Part shown: positions 18,078-25,662 of the stretch, in pieces | Position numbering within the stretch: the first letter of the stretch is position 1 | Layout of the letters: each line of letters opens with the position of its first letter | DNA from: an uncultured archaeon | GTDB lineage: Archaea; Iainarchaeota; Iainarchaeia; Iainarchaeales; DATDZZ01 | DNA: 32,000 nucleotides | Direction: 5' to 3' | Assembly (NCBI GenBank): GCA_964373795.1 | Contig: CAYJVY010000001.1 | Location: 101,537-133,536 of the forward strand | Notes under the pieces: generated by a model | What the model was told of the DNA's origin: nothing | Seen by the model: only the letters and a program-made list of their open reading frames with translations | Databases searched by the model: none | Made by a program: the position numbers and the translations under genes

Positions 18078-19019
18078 ATGTTAATTGAATTAGGAATTTT
18101 AGTTCTTGCATTAATTGTTTTAGCTAAGTCTTCTGAAATAGTTATTGATGCAAGCATTAAGATTTCAGAGTACCTGAATATTTCCCAGCTTGCAATTGGA
18201 TTTATTGTAATTGCAGTAGCTGTTTCAATGCCTGACTTTGTTGTATCTATTACTGCTTCTCTTCAACAAAAACCTGCTCTTGCCATAGGAGATGCTTTGG
18301 GGAGCAGCATTGCAAATATTTGCCTTGTATTAGGAATTGCTACTTTTATTAGAAAAATCGATGTTGAAAGAAAGCATACTTTAGAATCAGCTGAACTGCT
18401 TTTATTAATTTCAATTATTCCTTTAGTTGTTTTAAGTAAAGCAATTGTTGGAACCTTTGAAGGAATAATTTTACTGCTTACTTTTGTTTTGTATGTTTTT
18501 TTTGTAGTGAAAAGCAAGTTTTCCTTAAAAATTAAAGACGGAGTAACTCATAAAGATTTCATTAAACTTTTACTGTTTTTCGCGTTTGGATTAATTATTG
18601 TAATTGTTTCCGCACAATTTGTTGTAGGCTCTGCAATTGATTTGGCTAAACTTTTGAAAATAAATGAAGCAGTAATTGGTTTAATTGTATTATCTTTTGG
18701 CACTACTTTACCTGAACTAGCAATTGATTTCACTGCAATTAGAAGAGGACAAGTAGCCTTAGCAATAGGGGATGTTTTAGGAAGCACTGTAACAAATCTA
18801 ACCTTAATTCTTGGAACAGTTTTAATTATTTCTCCAACAGTAATTGATTTTGCTTTTTACTCTTTACCTTTAGCTTTCATTGTAATAGCTAATTCTTTTC
18901 TAGTATACAATTTATACAAGCACCAATACCTTGGAAAAAAACAAGGACTAGCATTTTTGCTTTTATATGTTTTATTTATTTTTTCAACTCTATTGTTTTC
19001 CGTTCGCCCTGCAATTTAA
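18078..19019 (+). CDS. Ca2+/cation antiporter (CaCA family, YrbG-like)
   Basis: About 10 TM segments with the two alpha-repeats GDALGSSIANI and GDVLGSTVTNL. Confidence 0.85.
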   Translation: MLIELGILVLALIVLAKSSEIVIDASIKISEYLNISQLAIGFIVIAVAVSMPDFVVSITASLQQKPALAIGDALGSSIANICLVLGIATFIRKIDVERKHTLESAELLLLISIIPLVVLSKAIVGTFEGIILLLTFVLYVFFVVKSKFSLKIKDGVTHKDFIKLLLFFAFGLIIVIVSAQFVVGSAIDLAKLLKINEAVIGLIVLSFGTTLPELAIDFTAIRRGQVALAIGDVLGSTVTNLTLILGTVLIISPTVIDFAFYSLPLAFIVIANSFLVYNLYKHQYLGKKQGLAFLLLYVLFIFSTLLFSVRPAI

Positions 19020-19062
19020 AAAATTTTCTCACACAATATATTTGCTTTTTTGAGGTGAAAAA

Positions 19063-20211
19063 ATGAAGGAATTAACTGTTTCTGCTCCAGGAAAACTAAT
19101 GCTTTCAGGAGAATGGAGTGTTCTTGAGCTAGGAGTTCCTTGTGTTGTAATGGCTATTGATAAAAGAGTTTACGCGAAAATTCATTCAACCTCAGATAAT
19201 AAAATTGTTTTAAATGCTCTAGACGTTGGTTTAAGCAATATCTCTGGATACTTTGATTTAAGTTCAAAAAAACTTTTATTTGAAAAAGAATTATCCAAAG
19301 AAGAATTAGATAAAGTTGTGTTCATTAAAAATGCTATTGAATTAAGTTTGGCTTTTTTGCAAGACAAAAAAGTTTCATTGAAAGGATTTTCATTAGAAAC
19401 TAAAAGTGATGATGCTCAAGTAAAACTTGAAGATGGCTCTGTAAAAAAAATTGGTTTTGGAAGCTCTGCGGCTGTATGCGTTGCAGTTTCAGGAGCTGTG
19501 TTTGCTTTACATGAACAAGAATTTAATTCTTATTCGTCTAAAGAAATTATTTTCAAGATTTCAGCTTTGGCTCATTTCACTGCTCAAGGAAAACTTGGAA
19601 GCTCTTTTGATATAGCTGCTTCTTCTTTTGGAGGAGTTCTTTTATATAAAAAATTTGACCCAGAATGGGTTGTAACTGAATTTAACAAAGGCAAACCAGT
19701 GCATGAATTAATGCTTGAAAAATGGCCTTATTTAGAAATTCGTTCTTTAAAGCTTCCAACAGATTTCAATTTATGTGTTGGTTGGACTAAGTCTAGTGCT
19801 TCAACTAAAGAATTAGTTTCAAAAGTGAACGAGTTTAAAAAAAATAATAAAGATAATTACATGCAAATAATAAAAAAAATTGAAGGTGTTACTTCAAAAT
19901 TAATTTCAGAACTTGAATCAAGCAATAAATTAACTGTTTTACAGTTATTACGCGAAAACAGGAAATACTTAAAAGAATTCAGTGATTTAACTCAAAACAA
20001 TTTAGAAACCCCTGAATTAAAGACTTTAGCTGATACAGCTGACTTGCTTGGAGCTGCAGGAAAGTTTTCCGGAGCAGGAGGAGGAGACTGCGGAATTGCA
20101 GTAACATTTTCAAACGAAGCAGCGCACAAAATTCAAAACGCTTGGAAAGAAAAAGGCTTATATCCATTAAACGTAAAAATAGCACAGCAAGGTTTGAGGT
20201 TGGAACACTAA
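19063..20211 (+). CDS. mvaK2: phosphomevalonate kinase, GHMP/ERG8 type
   Basis: Motifs APGKLMLSGEWSVLE, GFGSSAAV, VGWTKSSAST and FSGAGGGDCGIAV, which match the bacterial/fungal PMK pattern. GAGGTGA ribosome-binding site. Confidence 0.85.
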   Translation: MKELTVSAPGKLMLSGEWSVLELGVPCVVMAIDKRVYAKIHSTSDNKIVLNALDVGLSNISGYFDLSSKKLLFEKELSKEELDKVVFIKNAIELSLAFLQDKKVSLKGFSLETKSDDAQVKLEDGSVKKIGFGSSAAVCVAVSGAVFALHEQEFNSYSSKEIIFKISALAHFTAQGKLGSSFDIAASSFGGVLLYKKFDPEWVVTEFNKGKPVHELMLEKWPYLEIRSLKLPTDFNLCVGWTKSSASTKELVSKVNEFKKNNKDNYMQIIKKIEGVTSKLISELESSNKLTVLQLLRENRKYLKEFSDLTQNNLETPELKTLADTADLLGAAGKFSGAGGGDCGIAVTFSNEAAHKIQNAWKEKGLYPLNVKIAQQGLRLEH

Positions 20212-20843
20212 ATTATTTTTTTTTGTTCAAGTATTTCTAAATCTTTTTTAAAAGCAGGGGTAAAATTTCCCTTATTCATATTTTTAATTTCTTGCAAGGA
20301 ATAAAATCCTGCCTCTTCTATTTCTTCTTTATCTAATTTGAATGATCCTTCATGAATTGTTTTAAACAAGTAAACAAATTGTAAATGGATTGGATCTTCA
20401 ACTCTAAATTTTGCAATGAATTTAATTTTTTTAAATTTTATGCCAATTTCTTCTTCAGCTTCCTTTAAAGCAGTTTTTTTAGGAGTATCTCCTAAGCTAA
20501 TATGTCCTGCAGTAGAACATGTAAATTTTCCAGGATGAGTATCAATTAATTTACTTCTTTTTTGTAAAAAAATTTCGGTTTTTGAATTAAACACAATTAA
20601 ATGAATTACCTTACAATAAACTCCTAATTTATTATGAATTTTTGCTGAGACTGTTAAAACCTTTTTCTCTTTTTCGTTAACTAATTCAAGTAACTCTATT
20701 TTTCCTTTTTTGAATTCTGTTTCTTCTTCTCTGTTTAATAAAACTAGTTCTGGCTTTAATTCTAGGACTTTTTCCTTTGATTTAATCTCTTCCCAGAAAA
20801 CAATTTTTTTAAAATCCATTTCAATAAAACACTGTTTACTCAT
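20208..20843 (-). CDS. Nudix hydrolase, IDI-1-like subfamily (start at Met 20843 or 20819, not 20915)
   Basis: Nudix box GHISLGDTPKKTALKEAEEEIGI, preceded by HPGKFTCSTAGH, which parallels WPGVWTNSVCGH of type 1 IPP isomerase. The longest ORF would overlap fni, so an internal Met is preferred. Confidence 0.75.
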   Translation of the reverse strand: MSKQCFIEMDFKKIVFWEEIKSKEKVLELKPELVLLNREEETEFKKGKIELLELVNEKEKKVLTVSAKIHNKLGVYCKVIHLIVFNSKTEIFLQKRSKLIDTHPGKFTCSTAGHISLGDTPKKTALKEAEEEIGIKFKKIKFIAKFRVEDPIHLQFVYLFKTIHEGSFKLDKEEIEEAGFYSLQEIKNMNKGNFTPAFKKDLEILEQKKII

Positions 20844-20874
20844 TAATTTAAATTTAATGGATATAAATTTAATA
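20844..20874. promoter_or_regulatory. very short divergent promoter region shared by the Nudix gene and fni (TTTAAATTTAA and ATATAAATTT TATA-like boxes)
   Basis: Only 13-55 bp separate the two divergent starts, depending on start choice. The region is entirely A/T with palindromic TTTAAA. No experimental support. Confidence 0.3.
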
Positions 20875-21891
20875 ATGCCTGGAGAGGATACTTCTGCAAG
20901 AAAAATGCAGCACATTAAAATTGCATTGCAACCTGATTTAAGTCAGTTTCAATCAATTTCAACTGGCTTGGAAAAAATTCAATTAAATTACAACGCCTTG
21001 CCCGAAATTGATTTAAGCGAGGTTTCCATTGAAACAACTTTTTTAGGAAAAAAATTTTCAGCTCCACTTTATGTTAGTGGAATGACTGGCGGCTGTAAAC
21101 CAGCTGAAAAAATTAATAAAGATATTGCAAGGGCTTGTGAAGAACTCGGATTAGGAATGGGTGTTGGCTCGCAAAGAGCAATGCTTGAAGACCCTTCTTT
21201 AACTGAAACCTATGTTGTAAGAGATGTTGCTCCTTCAATTTTTTTAGCCGGAAACCTCGGAGCAGTACAATTAAAGAATTATTCTCTTGAAAGAATAGAG
21301 GAAATGATTAACTCAATTAAAGCAGATGCTTTGGCAATTCATTTAAATCCTGCTCAAGAAGCAGTTCAACCTGAAGGTACAACAAATTTTTCCAATATAT
21401 TATCATTAATTGACAAAGCTTCAAGAAAGCTTTCCAAACCTGTTTACGTTAAAGAAGTTGGAAACGGCATTTCAAGAGAAGTAGCTGAAAAGCTTTCTAA
21501 AACAAATATTCAAGCATTAGATGTTGGAGGAGCAGGAGGCACTTCTTGGACTAGAATTGATTATTTACGTAACAAGAAAAACAAGTTTGGGCCGTTCGCG
21601 GAATTCGGAATTCCAACAAAAGATTCTTTAGAACAAGTTAGAGAAGTTTTCTCTAAACCAATTATTGCTACTGGCGGAATTAGAACTGGCTTAGATGTAG
21701 TGAAATGCTTGTCTTTAGGGGCTTCTTTGTGTGGAATGGCTTTTCCTGTTTTAAAAGCCCAAGACAAAGCAGGATTTGAAGGGGTGAAAGAATTCTTGGA
21801 AAAAACAATGACTGAAATAAAGATTGGACTTTTCTTAGTTGGAGCAAAAAATATTTCTGAATTAAGAAAATTAAAGCCAATAAACTATTAA
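20875..21891 (+). CDS. fni: isopentenyl-diphosphate delta-isomerase, type 2 (FMN-dependent)
   Basis: Begins MPGEDTSARKMQHIKIAL, like known type 2 IDI N-termini. TIM-barrel flavoprotein motifs SGMTGG, GVGSQR, VKEVGNG and ATGGIRTGLD. The upstream part of ORF 20710 overlaps the Nudix gene and looks non-coding. Confidence 0.9.
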   Translation: MPGEDTSARKMQHIKIALQPDLSQFQSISTGLEKIQLNYNALPEIDLSEVSIETTFLGKKFSAPLYVSGMTGGCKPAEKINKDIARACEELGLGMGVGSQRAMLEDPSLTETYVVRDVAPSIFLAGNLGAVQLKNYSLERIEEMINSIKADALAIHLNPAQEAVQPEGTTNFSNILSLIDKASRKLSKPVYVKEVGNGISREVAEKLSKTNIQALDVGGAGGTSWTRIDYLRNKKNKFGPFAEFGIPTKDSLEQVREVFSKPIIATGGIRTGLDVVKCLSLGASLCGMAFPVLKAQDKAGFEGVKEFLEKTMTEIKIGLFLVGAKNISELRKLKPINY

Positions 21892-21903
21892 TCAGGGTTT
21901 TGC

Positions 21904-22023
21904 TTACTTTAACTTGTTTCTCACTTCCAATAATTGTGCATTTAATTCACTTTTTCTTTGTTCAAAACTTTCTTTAGTATATTTTCCTTTCTTATAATAT
22001 TCTTCATTTAATTTACTAATCAT
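21904..22023 (-). CDS. 39-aa SHOCT-like small protein (not in the ORF track)
   Basis: Hand translation gives MISKLNEEYYKKGKYTKESFEQRKSELNAQLLEVRNKLK. It resembles the SHOCT pattern L..L...G.iT.eeFe..K..LL. AGGAA precedes the ATG, 5 nt after the upstream gene's TAG. Confidence 0.45.
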   Translation of the reverse strand: MISKLNEEYYKKGKYTKESFEQRKSELNAQLLEVRNKLK

Positions 22024-22028
22024 TTCCT

Positions 22029-23096
22029 CTAATAATCTTTTTCTTCCTCTAAATCTTTTCCTTTAAAAATCCTTTTCTTAACTGCAATCAATATTTTTAA
22101 TACTAATAAAACTACTACTATTGCAATTAATATATTTAACCAATTATTTTTTGCTAGCCAAAAAAGTTTTCCCGAAACAATTATGTCTGTTTTTAATTCT
22201 CCTACATTACCTGCTTTATCTTCTACTTTTAATGTAATTCCTTTTACCTCTTCATTTAAAGAGCCATCTAAAAAAATACTGAAAACAAATTCTTCCTCAT
22301 TTAATTTGTTTGCATCAAACGTTTTTTCATTAAATGCTACTTGCATTTTTCCGCTAACAATCTTTTTTTCATTCGCATAATTTGCTTTAACTTTAAACTT
22401 CACTTCTTCTCCAATATTGAATTTGCTTTCAAATGGTTCAAGCAATTTTAAATTTATTTTTTGTTTTTGAATTTCTATTTCAATTTTTTCTTCTCCCCCA
22501 GAAAAATTGTTTTCATCAAGTGAATTACTTGTAACAATTAATCCCCATTTTCCTTCCACTGCATCGAACGGAATTTCATAATCTGCCAAATAAGTTCCAT
22601 TACCTCTGTATTCTAATTTTTTTCTTTCACCTTTTGGGGTCCAAAAATTCACTTCACCATTTTCTACTTCTTTTCCTGCATCAGTTATTTTAACACTAAT
22701 TTTTATGTCCTGAGTTCGAGAAACAGTTATTTGCTGTGGACTTAAAAAATTGATTAAATGAAATTTGCTTTCCTTGGAATTTCTTACATTCACTTCTTTT
22801 TCTACAACTTCTTTTGATTCATTTTCTAGAACACTTATTTTCCATTTTCCGCTTGGATCTAGAAAACTTATTTGTTTATTAAAATCATAAGAATTATTTT
22901 TGCAAGTAATTTTTTCTTCAAATAATTTTTTTTCATTCATTACTATGTTTAAATCTAAAATGCTTTTTGTTTTACATTCTCCATTTAATTGGATGGTTTC
23001 TCCTTTAATGAACGCTTTATTGTTTACATTCAAGCTTAATGCATTGATTAATCCTGCAAACAGTATAATCGCAATAAATGTCTCAAATGCTTTCAT
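22029..23096 (-). CDS. secreted, C-terminally membrane-anchored protein with beta-rich (Ig-like?) repeats
   Basis: Signal peptide MKAFETFIAIILFAGLINALSL from Met 23096 (the ORF track starts at 23156). C-terminal TM WLNILIAIVVVLLVLKILIAV followed by a charged tail. No catalytic motif. Confidence 0.65.
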   Translation of the reverse strand: MKAFETFIAIILFAGLINALSLNVNNKAFIKGETIQLNGECKTKSILDLNIVMNEKKLFEEKITCKNNSYDFNKQISFLDPSGKWKISVLENESKEVVEKEVNVRNSKESKFHLINFLSPQQITVSRTQDIKISVKITDAGKEVENGEVNFWTPKGERKKLEYRGNGTYLADYEIPFDAVEGKWGLIVTSNSLDENNFSGGEEKIEIEIQKQKINLKLLEPFESKFNIGEEVKFKVKANYANEKKIVSGKMQVAFNEKTFDANKLNEEEFVFSIFLDGSLNEEVKGITLKVEDKAGNVGELKTDIIVSGKLFWLAKNNWLNILIAIVVVLLVLKILIAVKKRIFKGKDLEEEKDY

Positions 23097-23258
23097 GTTT
23101 ATCCACACAGGCTTTTTCTGATTTAACAATGAAGCCAACATTATTTTGTTGAGCATAGATTGAATTAGATAAATTAACTAGTAATAAAATTATTAACACT
23201 GAAATGAATTTCATTTAATCAAATTAATTATTATCTTATTATTTTTATTTATTTGGAT

Positions 23259-24083
23259 TCATTGTTTAGTTAATTGTTCTGTTTTAATTATTTCTAAACC
23301 CGTTTCTTTAATTAATTCCTTAATTCTTTCTTTTTCATTTAATCCTTTATAATCTAGTACAATGAATTCAACTTTTTCCAAAGTTTTCTCAATTGCTTGA
23401 AAAAGCATGTCTTGATTTAATTCTTGCAATGCATTTTTAGGACATAAATGACTTAAAGCAAAATCACTTCGAAAAACTGTTTTAACAAAGTTATCTGCAT
23501 AATGTGTTCCACCTAAACCTATTCCAATTTTCCAATTATTTTTGTTTTCAAGTAGAGTGTAATTCAAAATTGTCTCTCCCACAACTTTTGCTGCGATTTC
23601 ATTTGACCATTGCTTTTCCATTCCACCAAATTCAATAAATATTACTGGTTTTTCTTTAACAAAAGGCCCGTGATGGTCTACTTCAAAAGTTGTTCTAAAA
23701 AACTCTAAGCCAAATTTTTTCCTATTTTCTTCTAATCCAAGCAAATAGTTTTTCATTAAAACCGCTGAATTCTTGCAAAGCGTTTTCTCCTTTCCTCCTA
23801 ATAATGCTTTCCCCCAGTTTCCAATTGAATGCACTGTAAACTCTGAATTCCCTGTTTTATTTGCATGCTTTGAAGCAAAAATTAAAAACTCTGAATGCAA
23901 TTCATTCACTTCATCTGCAAATACTTGAATTTCATTTAAAGTAATTAATTCAAATTCCTTGAATTCAAACACTTTATTTCCTTGAAACTCGCGTTCAGTC
24001 TCTTTGAATCCTTTTTCCTTTAATAAAAAGTTTTTTACATTCATTCCAGCTTGGTCTGTTTTTGAAACAATAATTGAAATCAT
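23259..24083 (-). CDS. dtdA: D-aminoacyl-tRNA deacylase, archaeal DtdA (DTD2) type
   Basis: 274 aa. N-terminus MISIIVSKTDQAGMN, plus HSIGNWG and GLGGTHYA motifs typical of the archaeal/plant tRNA deacylase family. Confidence 0.75.
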   Translation of the reverse strand: MISIIVSKTDQAGMNVKNFLLKEKGFKETEREFQGNKVFEFKEFELITLNEIQVFADEVNELHSEFLIFASKHANKTGNSEFTVHSIGNWGKALLGGKEKTLCKNSAVLMKNYLLGLEENRKKFGLEFFRTTFEVDHHGPFVKEKPVIFIEFGGMEKQWSNEIAAKVVGETILNYTLLENKNNWKIGIGLGGTHYADNFVKTVFRSDFALSHLCPKNALQELNQDMLFQAIEKTLEKVEFIVLDYKGLNEKERIKELIKETGLEIIKTEQLTKQ

Positions 24084-24162
24084 TTTCCCACTTGAATAAC
24101 TCTGTCAAAAATTTCAATTCTTTTTCTGCAATTAAGGAAAGCTTCGCGTTTTTTTATTCCTT

Positions 24163-24639
24163 TTATTTGTATTTTTCAGCTAAATAATCTAAAATTTTTT
24201 CAATGTTTAAAGTTGTTTTTGCAATTGCTTGTGAAAACCAATGCGCATAAGAAGTTTTCAAATCCAATGCTTCTCCTTCAGGAGCATTGTTTATCATGAA
24301 TCTATTATTTTTTTTGCGCACAAAACCAATTTCAACTAATCTATTAGCATGATAGCGCAGTAATTTTTCAGAAATTTTTTTACCAGTTTTTTCCTTAATG
24401 AAGGCCTGTAACTCCAGAGTAGTAGGAGTGTGTTTTTTCTTCAAGCACAAAAACAAAACTGCGTCCAGAATATCGAAAACAGTATTTCTGGATTCGTGTT
24501 CTGAAATTAGTCCTGTACTTAAAGCAAACCATCTAAGCAAGGAACGCTTTGTGAGTTTTATTTCTGGAGGAAAATCCATTTCTCTGACCGTAAAAGTTCT
24601 TCTAACTAACTCAGCTTCAGGCAATTCATTTTCAGTCAT
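24163..24639 (-). CDS. hypothetical winged-helix DNA-binding protein
   Basis: The segment ISEKLLRYHANRLVEIGFVRKKNNRFMIN looks like a recognition helix plus wing. A perfect palindrome lies in its upstream region. Confidence 0.5.
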   Translation of the reverse strand: MTENELPEAELVRRTFTVREMDFPPEIKLTKRSLLRWFALSTGLISEHESRNTVFDILDAVLFLCLKKKHTPTTLELQAFIKEKTGKKISEKLLRYHANRLVEIGFVRKKNNRFMINNAPEGEALDLKTSYAHWFSQAIAKTTLNIEKILDYLAEKYK

Positions 24640-24650
24640 TTTTCTCGCCT

Positions 24651-24679
24651 TTTAAAGGAAAAACTCTTTTTCCTTTAAA
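24651..24679. promoter_or_regulatory. perfect 13-bp inverted repeat with a 3-bp spacer (TTTAAAGGAAAAA ctc TTTTTCCTTTAAA), a candidate operator
   Basis: Read directly. It lies 12 bp upstream of the wHTH gene start in the divergent intergenic region. A TATA-like TTATAAAATAT follows before ATG 24733. Confidence 0.5.
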
Positions 24680-24732
24680 TTTAATGCATTTCTCTTTAAA
24701 TTATTTCCCTTATAAAATATATTAGTGATTTA

Positions 24733-25089
24733 ATGGTTTTAGAAGTCAAGACAAGGCTTTTTCCTTACAGGCTAGTTTTAAATAGAAAAAAACCAGTTGA
24801 ATTAAAGATTGATTTAACTAATGCCTCTGACAAAAAAGCTTTGGCTTCACTAGAATTATCTTTGCCTAGAAGCCTTTCATTAGATAAATCAGGATTAAAG
24901 GGATCTGAATTACTTAGATTAGGAGAATTGTCTCCAAATGAATCCAAAACCTTTTACTTTGAAATTTATCCTAAAGCAATAATTGAAGGAAAAGAACACT
25001 TAATTAGATTAAAAGCTACAGAGCATCACTTAGATTACAACTACATTGCAAAAGAAGTTGAAAGAACTTTAACCCTACTTGTAGACTAA
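24733..25089 (+). CDS. hypothetical protein (beta-rich)
   Basis: 118-aa ORF with typical composition. No motif recognised. Confidence 0.5.
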   Translation: MVLEVKTRLFPYRLVLNRKKPVELKIDLTNASDKKALASLELSLPRSLSLDKSGLKGSELLRLGELSPNESKTFYFEIYPKAIIEGKEHLIRLKATEHHLDYNYIAKEVERTLTLLVD

Positions 25090-25185
25090 ATTCGCCGAGC
25101 ACGTGGCGAGCGTGAACGGTTGGCGAGGATGAGTACTTATGCAGGCATGTGTTAATGCGAATTGCTTGGCTGAAATTTGAAAAAG
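25089..25185. other. GC-rich island A (about 55% G+C by hand count over 25091-25170), function unknown
   Basis: Starts at the stop codon of the upstream gene. Contains CACGTG (25100-25105), two GGCGAG copies, and a 7-nt inverted repeat AATTCGC (25089-25095) / GCGAATT (25157-25163). Also has GGCGAGGATGAGTAC (25122-25136), which matches 13 of 15 nt with 30144-30158. Confidence 0.5.
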
Positions 25186-25221
25186 AAAAATAAAAAACAT
25201 TGCAAAGTAAGTGCTTTGCAA
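25180..25221 (-). terminator. hairpin plus T-tract terminator candidate for the minus-strand small gene
   Basis: TTGCAAAG (25200-25207) pairs with CTTTGCAA (25214-25221). On the minus strand the hairpin is followed by TGTTTTTTATTTTTCTTTTTC. Confidence 0.5.
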
Positions 25222-25277
25222 AAAGAAATAAAATTAGATTATTAAAAAAAGAAAAAACAAAAGGAGTTTTTATCCTT

Positions 25278-25430
25278 TTATTTTCCTGCTAATTTATGTC
25301 CTTTAACATAAGCCCATATTTTTTTAGTCATTTCACTTGGAGTAACTGGGTTTTTTCCGAAAACACTTTCAAGTGAAGCGTCTTGTCCTTTAAAACTAAT
25401 AGTATATCCTCCAAAAGCTTTTTTTGCCAT
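25278..25430 (-). CDS. 50-aa SWIB/MDM2-like half-domain protein (start at internal Met 25430)
   Basis: GGAGGG ribosome-binding site 8 nt before ATG 25430. LESVFGKNPVTPSEMTKKIWAYVKGHKL parallels the SWIB pattern L..v.G....sR.evvKklW.YIK.n.L. Confidence 0.5.
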   Translation of the reverse strand: MAKKAFGGYTISFKGQDASLESVFGKNPVTPSEMTKKIWAYVKGHKLAGK

Positions 25431-25662
25431 TAATTTATCCCTCCATAGATAATAAATTTTATATAGTTTATAAAAAAAAGATATAAAAATCCATAGCATG
25501 AAAACCTGTTTTTTTCAGGTTTCTAGCTCTTTAGCATTGAACCAATCTCTTTAAAAGGAGTTTAACTAATATAGATTATATTCTTACACTAGTTTTGGAA
25601 GTGTAGCTATTTTGAAGTCAATTCAAAAAAACAAATTAATTCCGATTTGGAGGATGGATTAA

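Noticed and set aside
20710-20874. N-terminal 55 codons of the long fni ORF, and the first 24-32 codons of the long Nudix ORF (to 20915).
   Set aside because: The two extensions overlap each other on opposite strands. Recognisable homology starts at MPGEDTSARK (20875) for fni and after MSKQ/MDFKK for the Nudix gene.
25136-25184. C/D-box sRNA in island A (GATGAG ... CTGA about 45 nt apart).
   Set aside because: The C box is imperfect, there are no internal D' or C' boxes, and no terminal stem or k-turn context is visible. This is insufficient for a call.
25502-25522. Hairpin AAACCTG-ttttttt-CAGGTTT in the 25431-25662 intergenic region.
   Set aside because: It is a 7-bp A/T-rich stem lying upstream, not downstream, of both divergent genes. 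The signal is weak and has no clear role.
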